Assembly: GCA_049968255.1 (NCBI GenBank)
Contig: JBMFRB010000005.1
Location: 101,822 to 165,821 of the forward strand
Origin: Candidatus Sumerlaeaceae bacterium
GTDB taxonomy: Bacteria > Sumerlaeota > Sumerlaeia > Sumerlaeales > Sumerlaeaceae
Direction of reading: 5' to 3'
Length of the DNA: 64,000 nucleotides
In this document: in pieces, positions 1 to 9,941 of the stretch
Layout of the letters: every line of letters starts with the position of its first letter
Numbering within the stretch: position 1 is the first letter of the stretch
Position numbers and translations under genes: made by a program
Notes under the pieces: model-generated
Told to the model about the DNA's origin: nothing
Database searches by the model: none
What the model saw: the letters and a program-made list of their open reading frames with translations, nothing else

Positions 1-208
1 CGCCGCCCGTGTGATCGGTCGCCGGTGTCGGCTGCATGGTGGCAAGGGGAACGACGATCACGTCTACGCCGGCATCGTATGAAGCCGACAGTGAACCAGG
101 AAGCGTCCCATTTTGCGACGCGGTGAAATCTTCTTGCAGGACAACAGCGCCTGACGCAAACGCCGCAACGCCGGCGAAAAGTCCTGCAATAATCAGCTTG
201 CTAAACAT
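1..208 (-). CDS. Secreted protein, N-terminal part (runs off window edge)
   Basis: Not in ORF track; translated by hand from ATG at 208 with GGAGG RBS: MFSKLIIAGLFAGVAAFASGAVVLQEDFTASQNG..., signal peptide, open to position 1. Confidence 0.75.
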   Translation of the reverse strand, partial: MFSKLIIAGLFAGVAAFASGAVVLQEDFTASQNGTLPGSLSASYDAGVDVIVVPLATMQPTPATDHTGG

Positions 209-383
209 TTTTCCCTCCTTACTTGCAAGAATGTGCCTTTTAGGCTATTTTGAAAATTCGAGTATTTTTTTTCGGACACAAGAAGAAAATGAATGCACAA
301 AGGATTCTGGCGCGGATCGCCGCTGATCTTGGACAAGCTGGCGTGATGCATCGGAATTTTGTCTTGGTGTAGGTTTTTTACGT

Positions 384-1784
384 ATGCTGCGAATTCTCAT
401 TATTGATGATGAAATGAAAATGGCGGCTGCGCTGGCGCGAATGCTCGAGCGCGAGGGGCATAGGGTGCAGGCGATGTCGAGCCCCGAAGCCGCGTTGGAA
501 TCGTTAGCAGCGGCGGAGTTCGACGTCGTGCTGTGCGACATGCGTATGCCCTCGATGAGCGGGTTAGAGGTGCTGCAGCGCGCCAAGCGGCTTTTGCCGA
601 GTGTGGATTTTGTCATTATGACCGCTTATGCCGACGCTCGCTCGGCCGTGGAATGCATGAAGCAAGGTGCGCTGGATTATCTCATTAAGCCGTTCGCCAT
701 AGATGAACTGAAACTGCTGCTTCTGCGCGTTGAGGAGACACGGCACTTGCGCGAGGAAAACGCACGCCTGCGCGAGCTGGTGGACGAACGGATCTCCCTA
801 GATAACATCGTGGCAGCGTCGAAGCAGATGCAGGATGTCCTTGCCCGTGCTCGCAAGGTGGCCGCTGCCAACTCGAGTGTGCTGTTGTTGGGCGAAAGTG
901 GCACCGGCAAAGAGGTGCTTGCCAAGGCCATTCACCGCATGAGCCCTCGCGCGCAAAAACCTTTAGTGGTGGTCAATTGCGGCGCTATTCCCGAAACGCT
1001 GCTGGAGAGCGAGCTTTTCGGTCACACACGTGGGGCGTTTACGGGAGCAGTGGACGCCCGCAAAGGAATGTTTGAAATTGCCGACGGCGGCACGATTTTT
1101 CTCGATGAAATTGGCGACCTGCCACTTCATTTGCAAGTGAAGTTGCTGCGCGTGCTTCAAGAGGGAGAAATCCAGCGGATCGGCGAAAGCACGCCCCGCA
1201 AAGTGGACGTGCGCGTCATCGCTGCAACGAATCGCGACCTGGAGGGTCTTGTTGCCGAGGGCAAGTTCCGGCAAGATCTTTATTACCGGCTCAATGTGAT
1301 TCCGATCTATATGCCGCCGCTGCGAGAACGGCGCGAGGACATCCCCCCCCTGATTGAGCATTTCATTGCAAAGTACGCGCCACCAGGCCGGCGCAAGCAG
1401 TTTAGTCCGGAAGCCTTCGCGCTGCTTATGCGCTATGATTATCCGGGCAATGTGCGCGAGCTGGAGAACGCCGTGGAACATGGGGTGGTCCTGAGCGACG
1501 AGGAAATCATCAAAGTTGAGGACCTTCCGCTACAGATTCAGAATGCGGACTGGGAGCGGGTGATCTATCCTGCGCCGTTATCGGAGTCGATGCCCTTGGA
1601 TGAACTCGAGAAACGCGCCATGCTTGCCGCACTCGAGAAAACGAACTATAACATGACACGTGCAGCGGCCCATTTAGGCATCACACGGCGCACGCTCGGT
1701 TATCGGATTAAAAAATATGGCCTGGATGAATATGTGGCGGAAAAGATGCGGCGTCCTGCGCGGAGCAAAAAAGACGCATCATAA
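384..1784 (+). CDS. Sigma54-dependent response regulator (NtrC/AtoC/ZraR family)
   Basis: Receiver domain (IIDDE, DMRMP), Walker A GESGTGKE, GAFTGA, FLDEIGD, C-terminal Fis-type HTH. Confidence 0.96.
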   Translation: MLRILIIDDEMKMAAALARMLEREGHRVQAMSSPEAALESLAAAEFDVVLCDMRMPSMSGLEVLQRAKRLLPSVDFVIMTAYADARSAVECMKQGALDYLIKPFAIDELKLLLLRVEETRHLREENARLRELVDERISLDNIVAASKQMQDVLARARKVAAANSSVLLLGESGTGKEVLAKAIHRMSPRAQKPLVVVNCGAIPETLLESELFGHTRGAFTGAVDARKGMFEIADGGTIFLDEIGDLPLHLQVKLLRVLQEGEIQRIGESTPRKVDVRVIAATNRDLEGLVAEGKFRQDLYYRLNVIPIYMPPLRERREDIPPLIEHFIAKYAPPGRRKQFSPEAFALLMRYDYPGNVRELENAVEHGVVLSDEEIIKVEDLPLQIQNADWERVIYPAPLSESMPLDELEKRAMLAALEKTNYNMTRAAAHLGITRRTLGYRIKKYGLDEYVAEKMRRPARSKKDAS

Positions 1785-4389
1785 ACACGTCCCGGCGCAT
1801 CGCCGCAACTATGACGCCGAGCCGCGACGAACACCAAAAGTCTCGCCGAGCGCTAGCCCGCTGCGGGCAGCTGTGCTGCTAGTGCTGGTCATGGCGTGGT
1901 TTTCCAACGCAAGGGCCACAGATCTTATTGTGCGCATTCACCCAAGCAAAGCCAAGACCGAGGAACTACGGCAGTGGGTCGGTCGTTATGGCCTTTCGAT
2001 TGCGCGGCGCTTGCTCTTGCCTGGGGCTTATCTTGTTTCGTCGTCACAGCCGCCTTCCGTCATTTTGCCGAGGCTGAGAGAAGATCCCGTTATCCTTTAT
2101 GCAACGCCGCAGCGGCGGCTTGAGCTGTGCGCGACGCTGCCAAATGACCCGCTATTTGCCAATCAGTGGCAACTGCGCAACATAGGACAGAACGGCGGCT
2201 TGGCAGGCGCTGACATCAATGTTTCCCAAGCCTGGGATATCACCACGGGCAGCGCCCACACAGTGTTGGCGATTGTGGATAGCGGGGTCGAGCTCACGCA
2301 TCCCGACCTCATTGGCCAAGTGTGGACAAACCCCGGCGAGATTCCTGCTAATGGACTGGACGACGATGCCAACGGTTTCGTGGATGATGTCCACGGGTGG
2401 AATTTCTATAGCAGCTCGCCCGACGTCAGCCCCACGCTCGGCCACGGCACGAACGTGGCAGGGCTAGCGGGCGCTGCGTCGAACAACGGCATCGGCGTGG
2501 CAGGAGTCAATTGGCAGGCCCGACTTATGATTGTGAACATTTTCTCCCCGGCGGGCTACGCGACCGAAGCCGACGCAGCGGACGCTATTGTCTATGCGTG
2601 TGACAACGGCGCACGAGTCATCAATGCGAGTTGGGGAAGTCCGGGCTACTCTCAGCTTCTCACCGACGCTGTCGAGTATGCGCGAAGTAAAGGCGTGCTG
2701 ATCTGTGCGGCCGCGGGGAATTACAATTTTGACGCGGACGAACATCCGTTTTATCCAGCGGCCATTGGTTCGGATGCCTTGCTGGGCGTGGGCGGAACTA
2801 CAAATCGCGACGACTGGATCTACAACTATGGTGCGGCACGAGTGCAGATTGCTGCGCCCGCGAACCTTGTGTACATGGCGCGTTACCCGAGCACTTATGG
2901 CTATGGCAGCGGGACATCTTACGCGGCGCCGCTCGTCACGGGTGCGGCGGGGCTCTTGCTGGCGATTGCGCCGGATGCGCAGGCTGCGAATCTGCGGATG
3001 CGTCTTGTGGCGAATGCGGCCCGGCCGGTCGCCCTTGCGCAGAGAAACGTCGTCGGTGGGCGGCTTGACGTGCTCGCGGCGCTTTCACCTTCGAACACAG
3101 TGCCACTTCCAAAACTCGACATCACGTTTCGTCGTATCGGTGCGCATGGGGCATTGGTTGAGGTTGTCCCGCCGGACGATTGGCCCGCGACCACGACGGC
3201 ACTGGTTCAGATCAAGAAAGCCTTGGGACCAATCACGACCGAGAATTTTCCAGAGCTACCCGAGTGGCGCTTGGCGCGACTGGCTGAGGGCGAGAGGAGG
3301 CTTTTTCTGCTGAACGAGCTCGAGCCGGGGACAGATTACTGGATTGGCGTGCGCACCTACGATGCCGTAGGCATCGCTGGCGATTTGACGACGGCAACTT
3401 TCAGAACCTCCCCCAGCCAGATGATTTTTTATGACTCATGCGACACAACATCGCCTGTGTGGCAGGCTAACGGATTCACGCTTGCCGGTGGCGATGCACA
3501 CACAGGAAGTCTGGCGTGGCAAGACAGTCCCGACACGACCTATACCAGTGGGACAATAGCCACGCTAACCGGAGGTCCGTTCGATATATCTGGACTTGCG
3601 CGACCCCGATTATCATTTTATCTTGAACACTTTTTCCCATCCCGGCTAGCCGAGGGTGATCGCCTTGAAGTTCGGGTAAGTACGGACCATGGTGCGACAT
3701 GGAAGGTGCTGCGCAGGTTCCATGCCACGGTGAGCCCGCTTCGCCGCTTCTGCCTGCCTCTCGACGATCTGGGGCCGGCACCAGCGCTATTCATTCAATT
3801 CCGACTGGTGGCAGATGCCAACGCTTACGTGGATGATGGCGTTTATTTGGACGATATCGCGCTGGAGGAAGCGAAGGGCGACGTGCCTTTCGCTGATGAT
3901 GTGATTGTCGAATCCTACGATTTTTTTGGTGAGGAGAACGGCTTGCCGGAGTTTGAGCGCGTAGGGCCATGGTCTGCCGACGCTGGCAAGAGTAGTGCGC
4001 CGAAACTGGTGGGAGCGGCCGTCTTTTCCGCGGTCGCCGGCACGACCGCAACGCGGGCGAGCTTCATCCCGTTTGTCCCAATGAGCGGAGACTACGAAGT
4101 GTTTCTGAGTCACGGGGCATTGGCCGACGCAGCTCATGTAAAAGTCGAGATCATTCACGCAGATGGGATTGCAGACATGTTTCTGGACCAGTCGAGTGCG
4201 TCGAGCAACCGTTGGATAAGCCTCGGTGTCTTCTCGTTTGTTTACGGACGCGATAAATTGCGAGGACGTGTTTCGATAGACACGGCTACGGCAACTGGCA
4301 CAAAGGTCTTCGCCGACGCTGTGCGGCTGATCCTTGTTCGTCCGGCTGCCGAGAGTTTGGCAGCTAAAGATTGGTCACAATTCGAGTAA
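1717..4389 (+). CDS. Secreted subtilisin-like S8 serine protease with FN3-like, beta-sandwich and Golvesin/Xly-CBD-like C-terminal domains
   Basis: Triad motifs AIVDSG, GHGTNVAG, GTSYAAP; AAAGN oxyanion motif; DDDANGFVDD Ca loop; signal-like LRAAVLLVLVMAWFSNARA; start uncertain. Confidence 0.93.
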   Translation: MAWMNMWRKRCGVLRGAKKTHHKHVPAHRRNYDAEPRRTPKVSPSASPLRAAVLLVLVMAWFSNARATDLIVRIHPSKAKTEELRQWVGRYGLSIARRLLLPGAYLVSSSQPPSVILPRLREDPVILYATPQRRLELCATLPNDPLFANQWQLRNIGQNGGLAGADINVSQAWDITTGSAHTVLAIVDSGVELTHPDLIGQVWTNPGEIPANGLDDDANGFVDDVHGWNFYSSSPDVSPTLGHGTNVAGLAGAASNNGIGVAGVNWQARLMIVNIFSPAGYATEADAADAIVYACDNGARVINASWGSPGYSQLLTDAVEYARSKGVLICAAAGNYNFDADEHPFYPAAIGSDALLGVGGTTNRDDWIYNYGAARVQIAAPANLVYMARYPSTYGYGSGTSYAAPLVTGAAGLLLAIAPDAQAANLRMRLVANAARPVALAQRNVVGGRLDVLAALSPSNTVPLPKLDITFRRIGAHGALVEVVPPDDWPATTTALVQIKKALGPITTENFPELPEWRLARLAEGERRLFLLNELEPGTDYWIGVRTYDAVGIAGDLTTATFRTSPSQMIFYDSCDTTSPVWQANGFTLAGGDAHTGSLAWQDSPDTTYTSGTIATLTGGPFDISGLARPRLSFYLEHFFPSRLAEGDRLEVRVSTDHGATWKVLRRFHATVSPLRRFCLPLDDLGPAPALFIQFRLVADANAYVDDGVYLDDIALEEAKGDVPFADDVIVESYDFFGEENGLPEFERVGPWSADAGKSSAPKLVGAAVFSAVAGTTATRASFIPFVPMSGDYEVFLSHGALADAAHVKVEIIHADGIADMFLDQSSASSNRWISLGVFSFVYGRDKLRGRVSIDTATATGTKVFADAVRLILVRPAAESLAAKDWSQFE

Positions 4390-4465
4390 ACTTTTCAGCA
4401 CCCGGTAGCTATTCAACGGTGTTGGCGTGCCGGCTAAATCCTAAGCGTTGTGAGGATAGCCCTCG

Positions 4466-5155
4466 ATGAGCAAGCAGAATGTTATGTCTGGCCCTCCTCA
4501 GTCAGTGGCTGCGAAGGAGCTAAAAGATCTTCTTCCGCTGGAAGTGCTCATTGCCATTTTCATTGTGGTGGAAGCGCTTATCATTTGGCTAATGGCCCCG
4601 CAGTTTACGCGAGAGTTCACTCGGTGGAAATCGCAACGCTATGCCATGAAAGGCGATTATAAAGCAGCAGCCCAAGAGTTGTACAAGCTTCTGCAAACTC
4701 CTAAAGGCGAGAACAACCCGACCTTTCTCGCGGAGTTGGGTAACTGCTATTATAACCTTGGCGATTACGACAAAAGCATCGAATTCTACCAGCGGGCGCA
4801 AGAGAACCGGATGAACGTCGTTGCAGACCTCGACGACGACTCGCCGCATGAATACCCTGACTTCAACGCCATGATCGGTTTGTGCTATTTCCGCAAAGGC
4901 GATCTCGACAAAGCCGAAGAATATTTCAAAAAGGCCCTGGAAGCAAACCGTTTGGACAAGCTAGCGCACATGAAGCTGGGCGAGATCGAGTTCAAAAAGG
5001 GCAAATACTTGAAGGCCATTGACTATTTCAAATTCGTAGCGCGTGACCCTGCCTACGAAAAGGCTGTGCGCGAGTATTATCAAAAAATCGAAGCAGAACT
5101 CTTCAAGGGCGTAGCGGCCCCTGACAGCGAAGCGCTGACCACACAGTCAAAATAA
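4466..5155 (+). CDS. Membrane-anchored TPR protein
   Basis: N-terminal TM helix; TPR repeats (LGNCYYNLGDYDKSIEFYQRA, IGLCYFRKGDLDKAEEYFKKA). Confidence 0.88.
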   Translation: MSKQNVMSGPPQSVAAKELKDLLPLEVLIAIFIVVEALIIWLMAPQFTREFTRWKSQRYAMKGDYKAAAQELYKLLQTPKGENNPTFLAELGNCYYNLGDYDKSIEFYQRAQENRMNVVADLDDDSPHEYPDFNAMIGLCYFRKGDLDKAEEYFKKALEANRLDKLAHMKLGEIEFKKGKYLKAIDYFKFVARDPAYEKAVREYYQKIEAELFKGVAAPDSEALTTQSK

Positions 5156-5391
5156 TTGTGAGCTGCCAGCTCGAGCAGCAGCCGAATTTTTACGATTCGA
5201 TTCCGCTGCTTGCTCAATAGGATTGTTTTCACTCAGGGGCAATGGTGCGAGTGCGCCTTGCACGGGCGAGGAAGTGCATGAGGCGGGCACATGCCACAGG
5301 ATTCTTAGCGAAAACCATCTCTCGCTGCTTGCACGTTGAGTAAAGTCATAGAGTCTCTGCACTTGTCCTGGATTTTATAATCTCAAATCAA

Positions 5392-5420
5392 TTGACAATC
5401 GGCTCCACGGCTCCTAGAAG
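5392..5420 (+). promoter_or_regulatory. Candidate sigma70 promoter
   Basis: TTGACA-17 nt-TAGAAG, 31 nt upstream of the ATG at 5452. Confidence 0.5.
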
Positions 5421-5451
5421 TCACTAAAAATGGCGATGGAAAGGTGCACAC

Positions 5452-6741
5452 ATGAAAGCGCTCACGGTTGGGGCGTCGGTGATGCTTGTTTTGCTGGCTA
5501 CGACAGGATGGGGAGCTGCGAACACTGAGGGCCAAAAGCAAACAGCTGCCGGAAAAAAAGCAACAGCGCACGTGGCACTGGAGCCGGGGCAAGCCGACTC
5601 TCATATCGGAGAGACCACTCCCTCGGTAACAGAGGAAAAATCGGTCCACTGGACCCATCCGGACACAGAATTTCGCGGCATTTGGTTGCCAGGTAAAGAA
5701 TTACTTGCGACAACGGAAGCGATCGCGCGGAAACTGGATGCTATCGCACGGGCCAATTTTAACGCGGTGCTTCCTGACGCCTATTTTCAGGGCTACGTGA
5801 TTTATCCCAACTCAAACTATCTACCGCAGCTGCCAGCGGCACGTGGTGGCGATCCACTGCGCTCGTTCATCGAAAAGGCGCACAAGCGGGGGCTTGAAGT
5901 CCATGTGTGGCTTGAATATGGCTTCTATGCTTATCACACACCGGATGCCACAAAAGATCCATCGAAGGGCCCGTGGCTCGACGCTCATCCTGAACTTCAG
6001 TCCGTGAGCGCAAAAGGCGACCTCTATGTGCATAATCCCGCGTGGGGTGACTTTTACTCGATGTGCCCATCGAATCCACGGTGCCATGAGCTCATTGCTA
6101 ACATCGCGGCCGAAATTCTGGAACGCTATCCCGTGGAGGGGATTAATCTTGACCGCATTCGGTATGCCGGCGAGAGCTTTTGCTACTGCGACTACTGCAA
6201 AAAGCACTTCAAAGAAGACACGGGGATTGAACTCGTTGAGTTCAAGAAAGGTTCCCAAGGCGAGAAGAAATTCCTCGAATGGAAACGGCAACAGCTCGTG
6301 AAAGCGTTGGAAACCATTCGCAAGCGGGTGAAGAGCGCGCGTCCTGAGGCGGTCCTTACGTCCTATGTGGTCCCACCCGCTGAGAAAGACAATAAAGCGC
6401 AGCCGTGGGATTTGTGGGCAAAAGAGCGACTGCTCGATGCTATTGCCGTGAGCATGTACGGGCGCAGCATTGTCGCCGACGCAGAAAGAGCCGTGAAGAT
6501 CCTCGGCAATGACAAAGATGTTCTCCTCGCAGCCATCTCCTGCGAGGTGCCGTCGTCTGCATACCTAGAGAACATTGAAAAGGCCCGCCGCTATGCTCCA
6601 CTCGGGCAAATTACTTGGTACTCCGGACAGGTGGATGATGATTTGGAAGGTCTTCTCTCTGGTCCTTATGCGAAACCGGCGCGCAGCCCATTTGCGCGCG
6701 AGTTCCACACGAGCGCTTCAGCAACACAGAAGGGCGAGTGA
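5452..6741 (+). CDS. Secreted glycosyl hydrolase-like 10 (GHL10/YddW, DUF187) protein
   Basis: EFRGIW, AHKRGLEVHVWLE, YPVEGINLDRIRY motifs; signal peptide. Confidence 0.85.
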   Translation: MKALTVGASVMLVLLATTGWGAANTEGQKQTAAGKKATAHVALEPGQADSHIGETTPSVTEEKSVHWTHPDTEFRGIWLPGKELLATTEAIARKLDAIARANFNAVLPDAYFQGYVIYPNSNYLPQLPAARGGDPLRSFIEKAHKRGLEVHVWLEYGFYAYHTPDATKDPSKGPWLDAHPELQSVSAKGDLYVHNPAWGDFYSMCPSNPRCHELIANIAAEILERYPVEGINLDRIRYAGESFCYCDYCKKHFKEDTGIELVEFKKGSQGEKKFLEWKRQQLVKALETIRKRVKSARPEAVLTSYVVPPAEKDNKAQPWDLWAKERLLDAIAVSMYGRSIVADAERAVKILGNDKDVLLAAISCEVPSSAYLENIEKARRYAPLGQITWYSGQVDDDLEGLLSGPYAKPARSPFAREFHTSASATQKGE

Positions 6742-7078
6742 CGGATGGCGGTCTCCTCGCGCGACTATCAACACTGCTCTCGCAAGCTGCGCCGGTCCAT
6801 GCCGGCGCGGCTCCATTTTTGAGCGCAAGGACGTGCAGCTTTTTCATTGTGCATGGATGTAAAAAATCTTAATTACTTGCTGATTTTATAACATCTTGCT
6901 AATTTACGCAGATGCTAGATGGTGTGACTATAGATGCGCGGGCTAGGTTTTTAGGGTTTTTGCGCCTTCATGCATGCGATCTTGGTTTAGCCCACACTGA
7001 CAGTACGAAAAAGCATGAATGGGTGAGAGGGAACATGGTATCTTTATTTGGCAATTTATCCAATTAGGAGAAAACAAA

Positions 7079-7696
7079 ATGGTTGATCCGAAGTCGTTTT
7101 TCGAGATGGGTCTCGCTTTTCACGGACACAAATGCCCGGCCATGCCAATGGGTTTGCGGGTCGGGGCAGCGGCGATGAACGCTCTGGGAGTCGAACGCGC
7201 AAAAGATGGCCAGCTCGTCGCTCTCGTTGAGATTGGCGACGATCATTGTGCGACTTGTTTTGCGGATGGCATCCAAGTTATAACGGGCTGCACATTCGGC
7301 AAAGGCAATATCCAGAAGCTTGGCTACGGCAAGTGGGGAGTGACCCTAATTGAAAAGAACACAAGGCGTGCGGTTCGCGTGACGCCAAAGGCTGAAGCAA
7401 TGAAAGCAAACAAACAGACGGCCTTCTTTTCCGAATATCGAGAGAAAGGCATCCCCGCTTCGAAGGTTCCCTCGGAAGTGGTTGACCCGCTCATTGAGCG
7501 AGTTCTCAGTGCTCCTCAAGAAGCTCTCCTCATCGTGAGTCCAGTGTTTGACTATGCGTGGCAAGATCCACCACACTCATTTGAGAGCTTCGTGTGCGAG
7601 GAATGTGGCGAAATGACCGTCGAGCCTTACGGGCGGTTGTTCGGCGAAAAACGAGTATGTATCCCGTGCCGACAGAAAGTGGCCGGTAGGGCGTGA
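7079..7696 (+). CDS. FmdE/FwdE-family metal-binding protein with C-terminal zinc finger
   Basis: FHGHKCP, CFADGIQVITGCTFGKGN, C-terminal CEECGE...CIPC; AGGAG RBS before ATG 7079. Confidence 0.9.
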   Translation: MVDPKSFFEMGLAFHGHKCPAMPMGLRVGAAAMNALGVERAKDGQLVALVEIGDDHCATCFADGIQVITGCTFGKGNIQKLGYGKWGVTLIEKNTRRAVRVTPKAEAMKANKQTAFFSEYREKGIPASKVPSEVVDPLIERVLSAPQEALLIVSPVFDYAWQDPPHSFESFVCEECGEMTVEPYGRLFGEKRVCIPCRQKVAGRA

Positions 7697-7722
7697 GAAC
7701 TCGAGAATAGGGACACCGATCT

Positions 7723-9012
7723 GTGATGGAGAAAAATTGGGCGCAAAATTTGGAGGGCGGCAGCCAAGACGGAGAGGCTGTGCGCCCTCCTCGCCTCCGT
7801 GAAATTGCGTGGCAGTTTCTCAAAATTGGTGCAACTGGGTTTGGCGGTGGGGTCGCTGTCATTGCTCTCCTTGAGCGCGAATGTGTGCAACATAAACGTT
7901 GGCTCACGGCAGATGAATTTGTTCATGGGGTGAGCCTTGGGCAAATCTTGGGCTCGTTTGCAGTAAACACGTCGTTTTTCGTGGGATACCGTTTGCGTGG
8001 ACTCATCGGGGGATTGGTGGCCATGGTGGCATTCCTGGCTCCCTCCGTGACGCTGGTCATTGGGTTGTCATGGCTCTATTTTGCGACGAAGAAGATTCCT
8101 TCCATCCAGCAGGCGATGCTCGGTGCCACACCGGTTGTCATTGCTTTGATCGCAAGTGCCGGCACCTCGCTCGGCAAGAATATGTTACGGGGAATCATTC
8201 ACGACCTGCTGGCCTTCGTTGGATTGGCTGGGACTCTTTATCATGTCCCGTTGCTCGAACTACTCCCTCTTGGAGCGCTAGTTGGCATAGTCGCCAAGCT
8301 TGGGAACCATAGGGATGCAGAAAAAGAGAGTGTGGGCCCAGGGCACAGAGGTAAGCGCGGCCCGTCGCCGACACCGGCTGGCGCGGCACTCCCTCTTGGA
8401 AGCAGCGTGGGACTGGTGACCACTGGCACACTCTCCGGCAAAGGAACAGCAGTAACGTCGGCGGCAGCAGCGTCGTTTGGACTGGGTGCGCTCCTGTTTC
8501 TTTTTTTGAAAGTCGGCTGCGGTTTTTTCGGCGGCGGTTATGTCCTGGTGCCGCTACTTCAACATGAGCTTGTCTTGCAGCGAGGACTCCTTACGGTCCG
8601 GGAATTTGTCGACGGTGTGGCAATCAGCCAGCTTACTCCCGGGCCGATCGCTGTGCTGGCGACGTTTGTGGGCTACCGCTTCGGCGGGGCGTTAGGGGCA
8701 ATACTGGCCACCGTCGCCCTCTATATCCCCGCTACTGTGCTCATGGCGGGGCTTTCACGCGCATACACACGCCTGCGCCACCTCTCGATGGTCAAGCATC
8801 TTTTGGGAGGACTTGGTCCCGTCATTGTGGGAATGATCTTTGCCAGTGCGGTGCAACTTGCCCCCCACAGCAGCTTATCGCTCGAACATCCCCTGGGAAT
8901 CATTCTGTGCGCTGGCTCATATTTACTGATGAGGCGCAACTGGCATCCAGCACTTCTGCTTGCTGCTGGTGCCGCTCTAGGAAGCACATTTCCGAGCGCA
9001 TTCATTCAATGA
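7723..9012 (+). CDS. chrA: Chromate ion transporter (CHR family, long-chain)
   Basis: Two repeats FLKIGATGFGGG / FLKVGCGFFGGG, SQLTPGP motif, multiple TMs. Confidence 0.92.
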   Translation: MMEKNWAQNLEGGSQDGEAVRPPRLREIAWQFLKIGATGFGGGVAVIALLERECVQHKRWLTADEFVHGVSLGQILGSFAVNTSFFVGYRLRGLIGGLVAMVAFLAPSVTLVIGLSWLYFATKKIPSIQQAMLGATPVVIALIASAGTSLGKNMLRGIIHDLLAFVGLAGTLYHVPLLELLPLGALVGIVAKLGNHRDAEKESVGPGHRGKRGPSPTPAGAALPLGSSVGLVTTGTLSGKGTAVTSAAAASFGLGALLFLFLKVGCGFFGGGYVLVPLLQHELVLQRGLLTVREFVDGVAISQLTPGPIAVLATFVGYRFGGALGAILATVALYIPATVLMAGLSRAYTRLRHLSMVKHLLGGLGPVIVGMIFASAVQLAPHSSLSLEHPLGIILCAGSYLLMRRNWHPALLLAAGAALGSTFPSAFIQ

Positions 9013-9923
9013 GCACAGTTGGCCAACACTCTCTCAATCACGGCCGAGCGATGGACCGGCGGCTGGTCGCTGCGATTGGGCTGAATGCTTTGACCGTGGC
9101 AACGGAGATCATCGGCGGACTGATGTCCGGGAGCTTGGCGCTGCTCAGCGACGCGCTGCATAATTTCACAGATGTGGCGGCGCTGGCCCTTGCTCTGGCG
9201 GCGCGAATTGTCGCTCGTCGCCGGCCGAGCTTGCGCCACACTTTCGGATTTCATCGGCTCGAGATTATCGCTGCATTTGTAAACGGGGCCACGCTTCTCA
9301 TCGTGGCAACGCTTGTCGTGCACGAAGCGTTGGTCCGGCTTTTTTCTCCTGTGGCCGTGAACCAACAGATCATGCTTGTCGTCGCACTTGTCGGTCTTGG
9401 GGCCAATCTCTTCTCAGTCGTCTTGCTCCATCGCCATGACAGTGAAGACATCAACATTCGAGCTGCCTTCCTGCATCTGTTGCAGGATACGCTTTCGTCG
9501 GTTGTGGTTGTCATCGCAGCATTGTTTGCGCAAAAGGCGTGGGGTCGCTATTTGGATCCTTTGGCATCGATCTTGGTGATTTCGCTCATTTGTTTGGGAA
9601 CCTACCGGCTGGTTCGGCGGGCGCTACACATTTTGATGCAAGGCACGCCGCCTGGCGTCGCCATCGAGGAGTTGCGGGCTGACATCGTCGCGCACTTCGG
9701 TCTCGCCGACATGCGCCACATCCATGTGTGGGAACTAGGTACCGGCTATCACGTGCTGACAGCTCACTTGGTTACCGGGCCTGACGGCGTCGTGCCGCTC
9801 CTACAACGCGTGCCAGAAATTCGCGAGTATTTGCGACGGGAATGGCACATCGAGCATGCGACACTGGAGGTTGAACCTGTCCCCTCAGAACATTGCTCAT
9901 TGGATTATCATCCGGAGAGCTGA
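9009..9923 (+). CDS. czcD: Cation diffusion facilitator (CzcD/ZitB-like) metal efflux transporter
   Basis: SLALLSDALHNFTD, NIRAAFLHLLQD, HIHVW, HATLEVE; ATGA overlap with chrA stop. Confidence 0.92.
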   Translation: MSTVGQHSLNHGRAMDRRLVAAIGLNALTVATEIIGGLMSGSLALLSDALHNFTDVAALALALAARIVARRRPSLRHTFGFHRLEIIAAFVNGATLLIVATLVVHEALVRLFSPVAVNQQIMLVVALVGLGANLFSVVLLHRHDSEDINIRAAFLHLLQDTLSSVVVVIAALFAQKAWGRYLDPLASILVISLICLGTYRLVRRALHILMQGTPPGVAIEELRADIVAHFGLADMRHIHVWELGTGYHVLTAHLVTGPDGVVPLLQRVPEIREYLRREWHIEHATLEVEPVPSEHCSLDYHPES

Positions 9924-9941
9924 TTAGTTCTCGCCGGAGGT

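Noticed and set aside
221-240. Sigma54-like site AGGCACATTCTTGCA upstream of the first gene
   Set aside because: Spacing is GG-N9-GC rather than the required GG-N10-GC
6760-7070. NiCo riboswitch or NikR/Zur box upstream of the metal operon
   Set aside because: Could not match the consensus by eye; needs an Rfam or PWM scan
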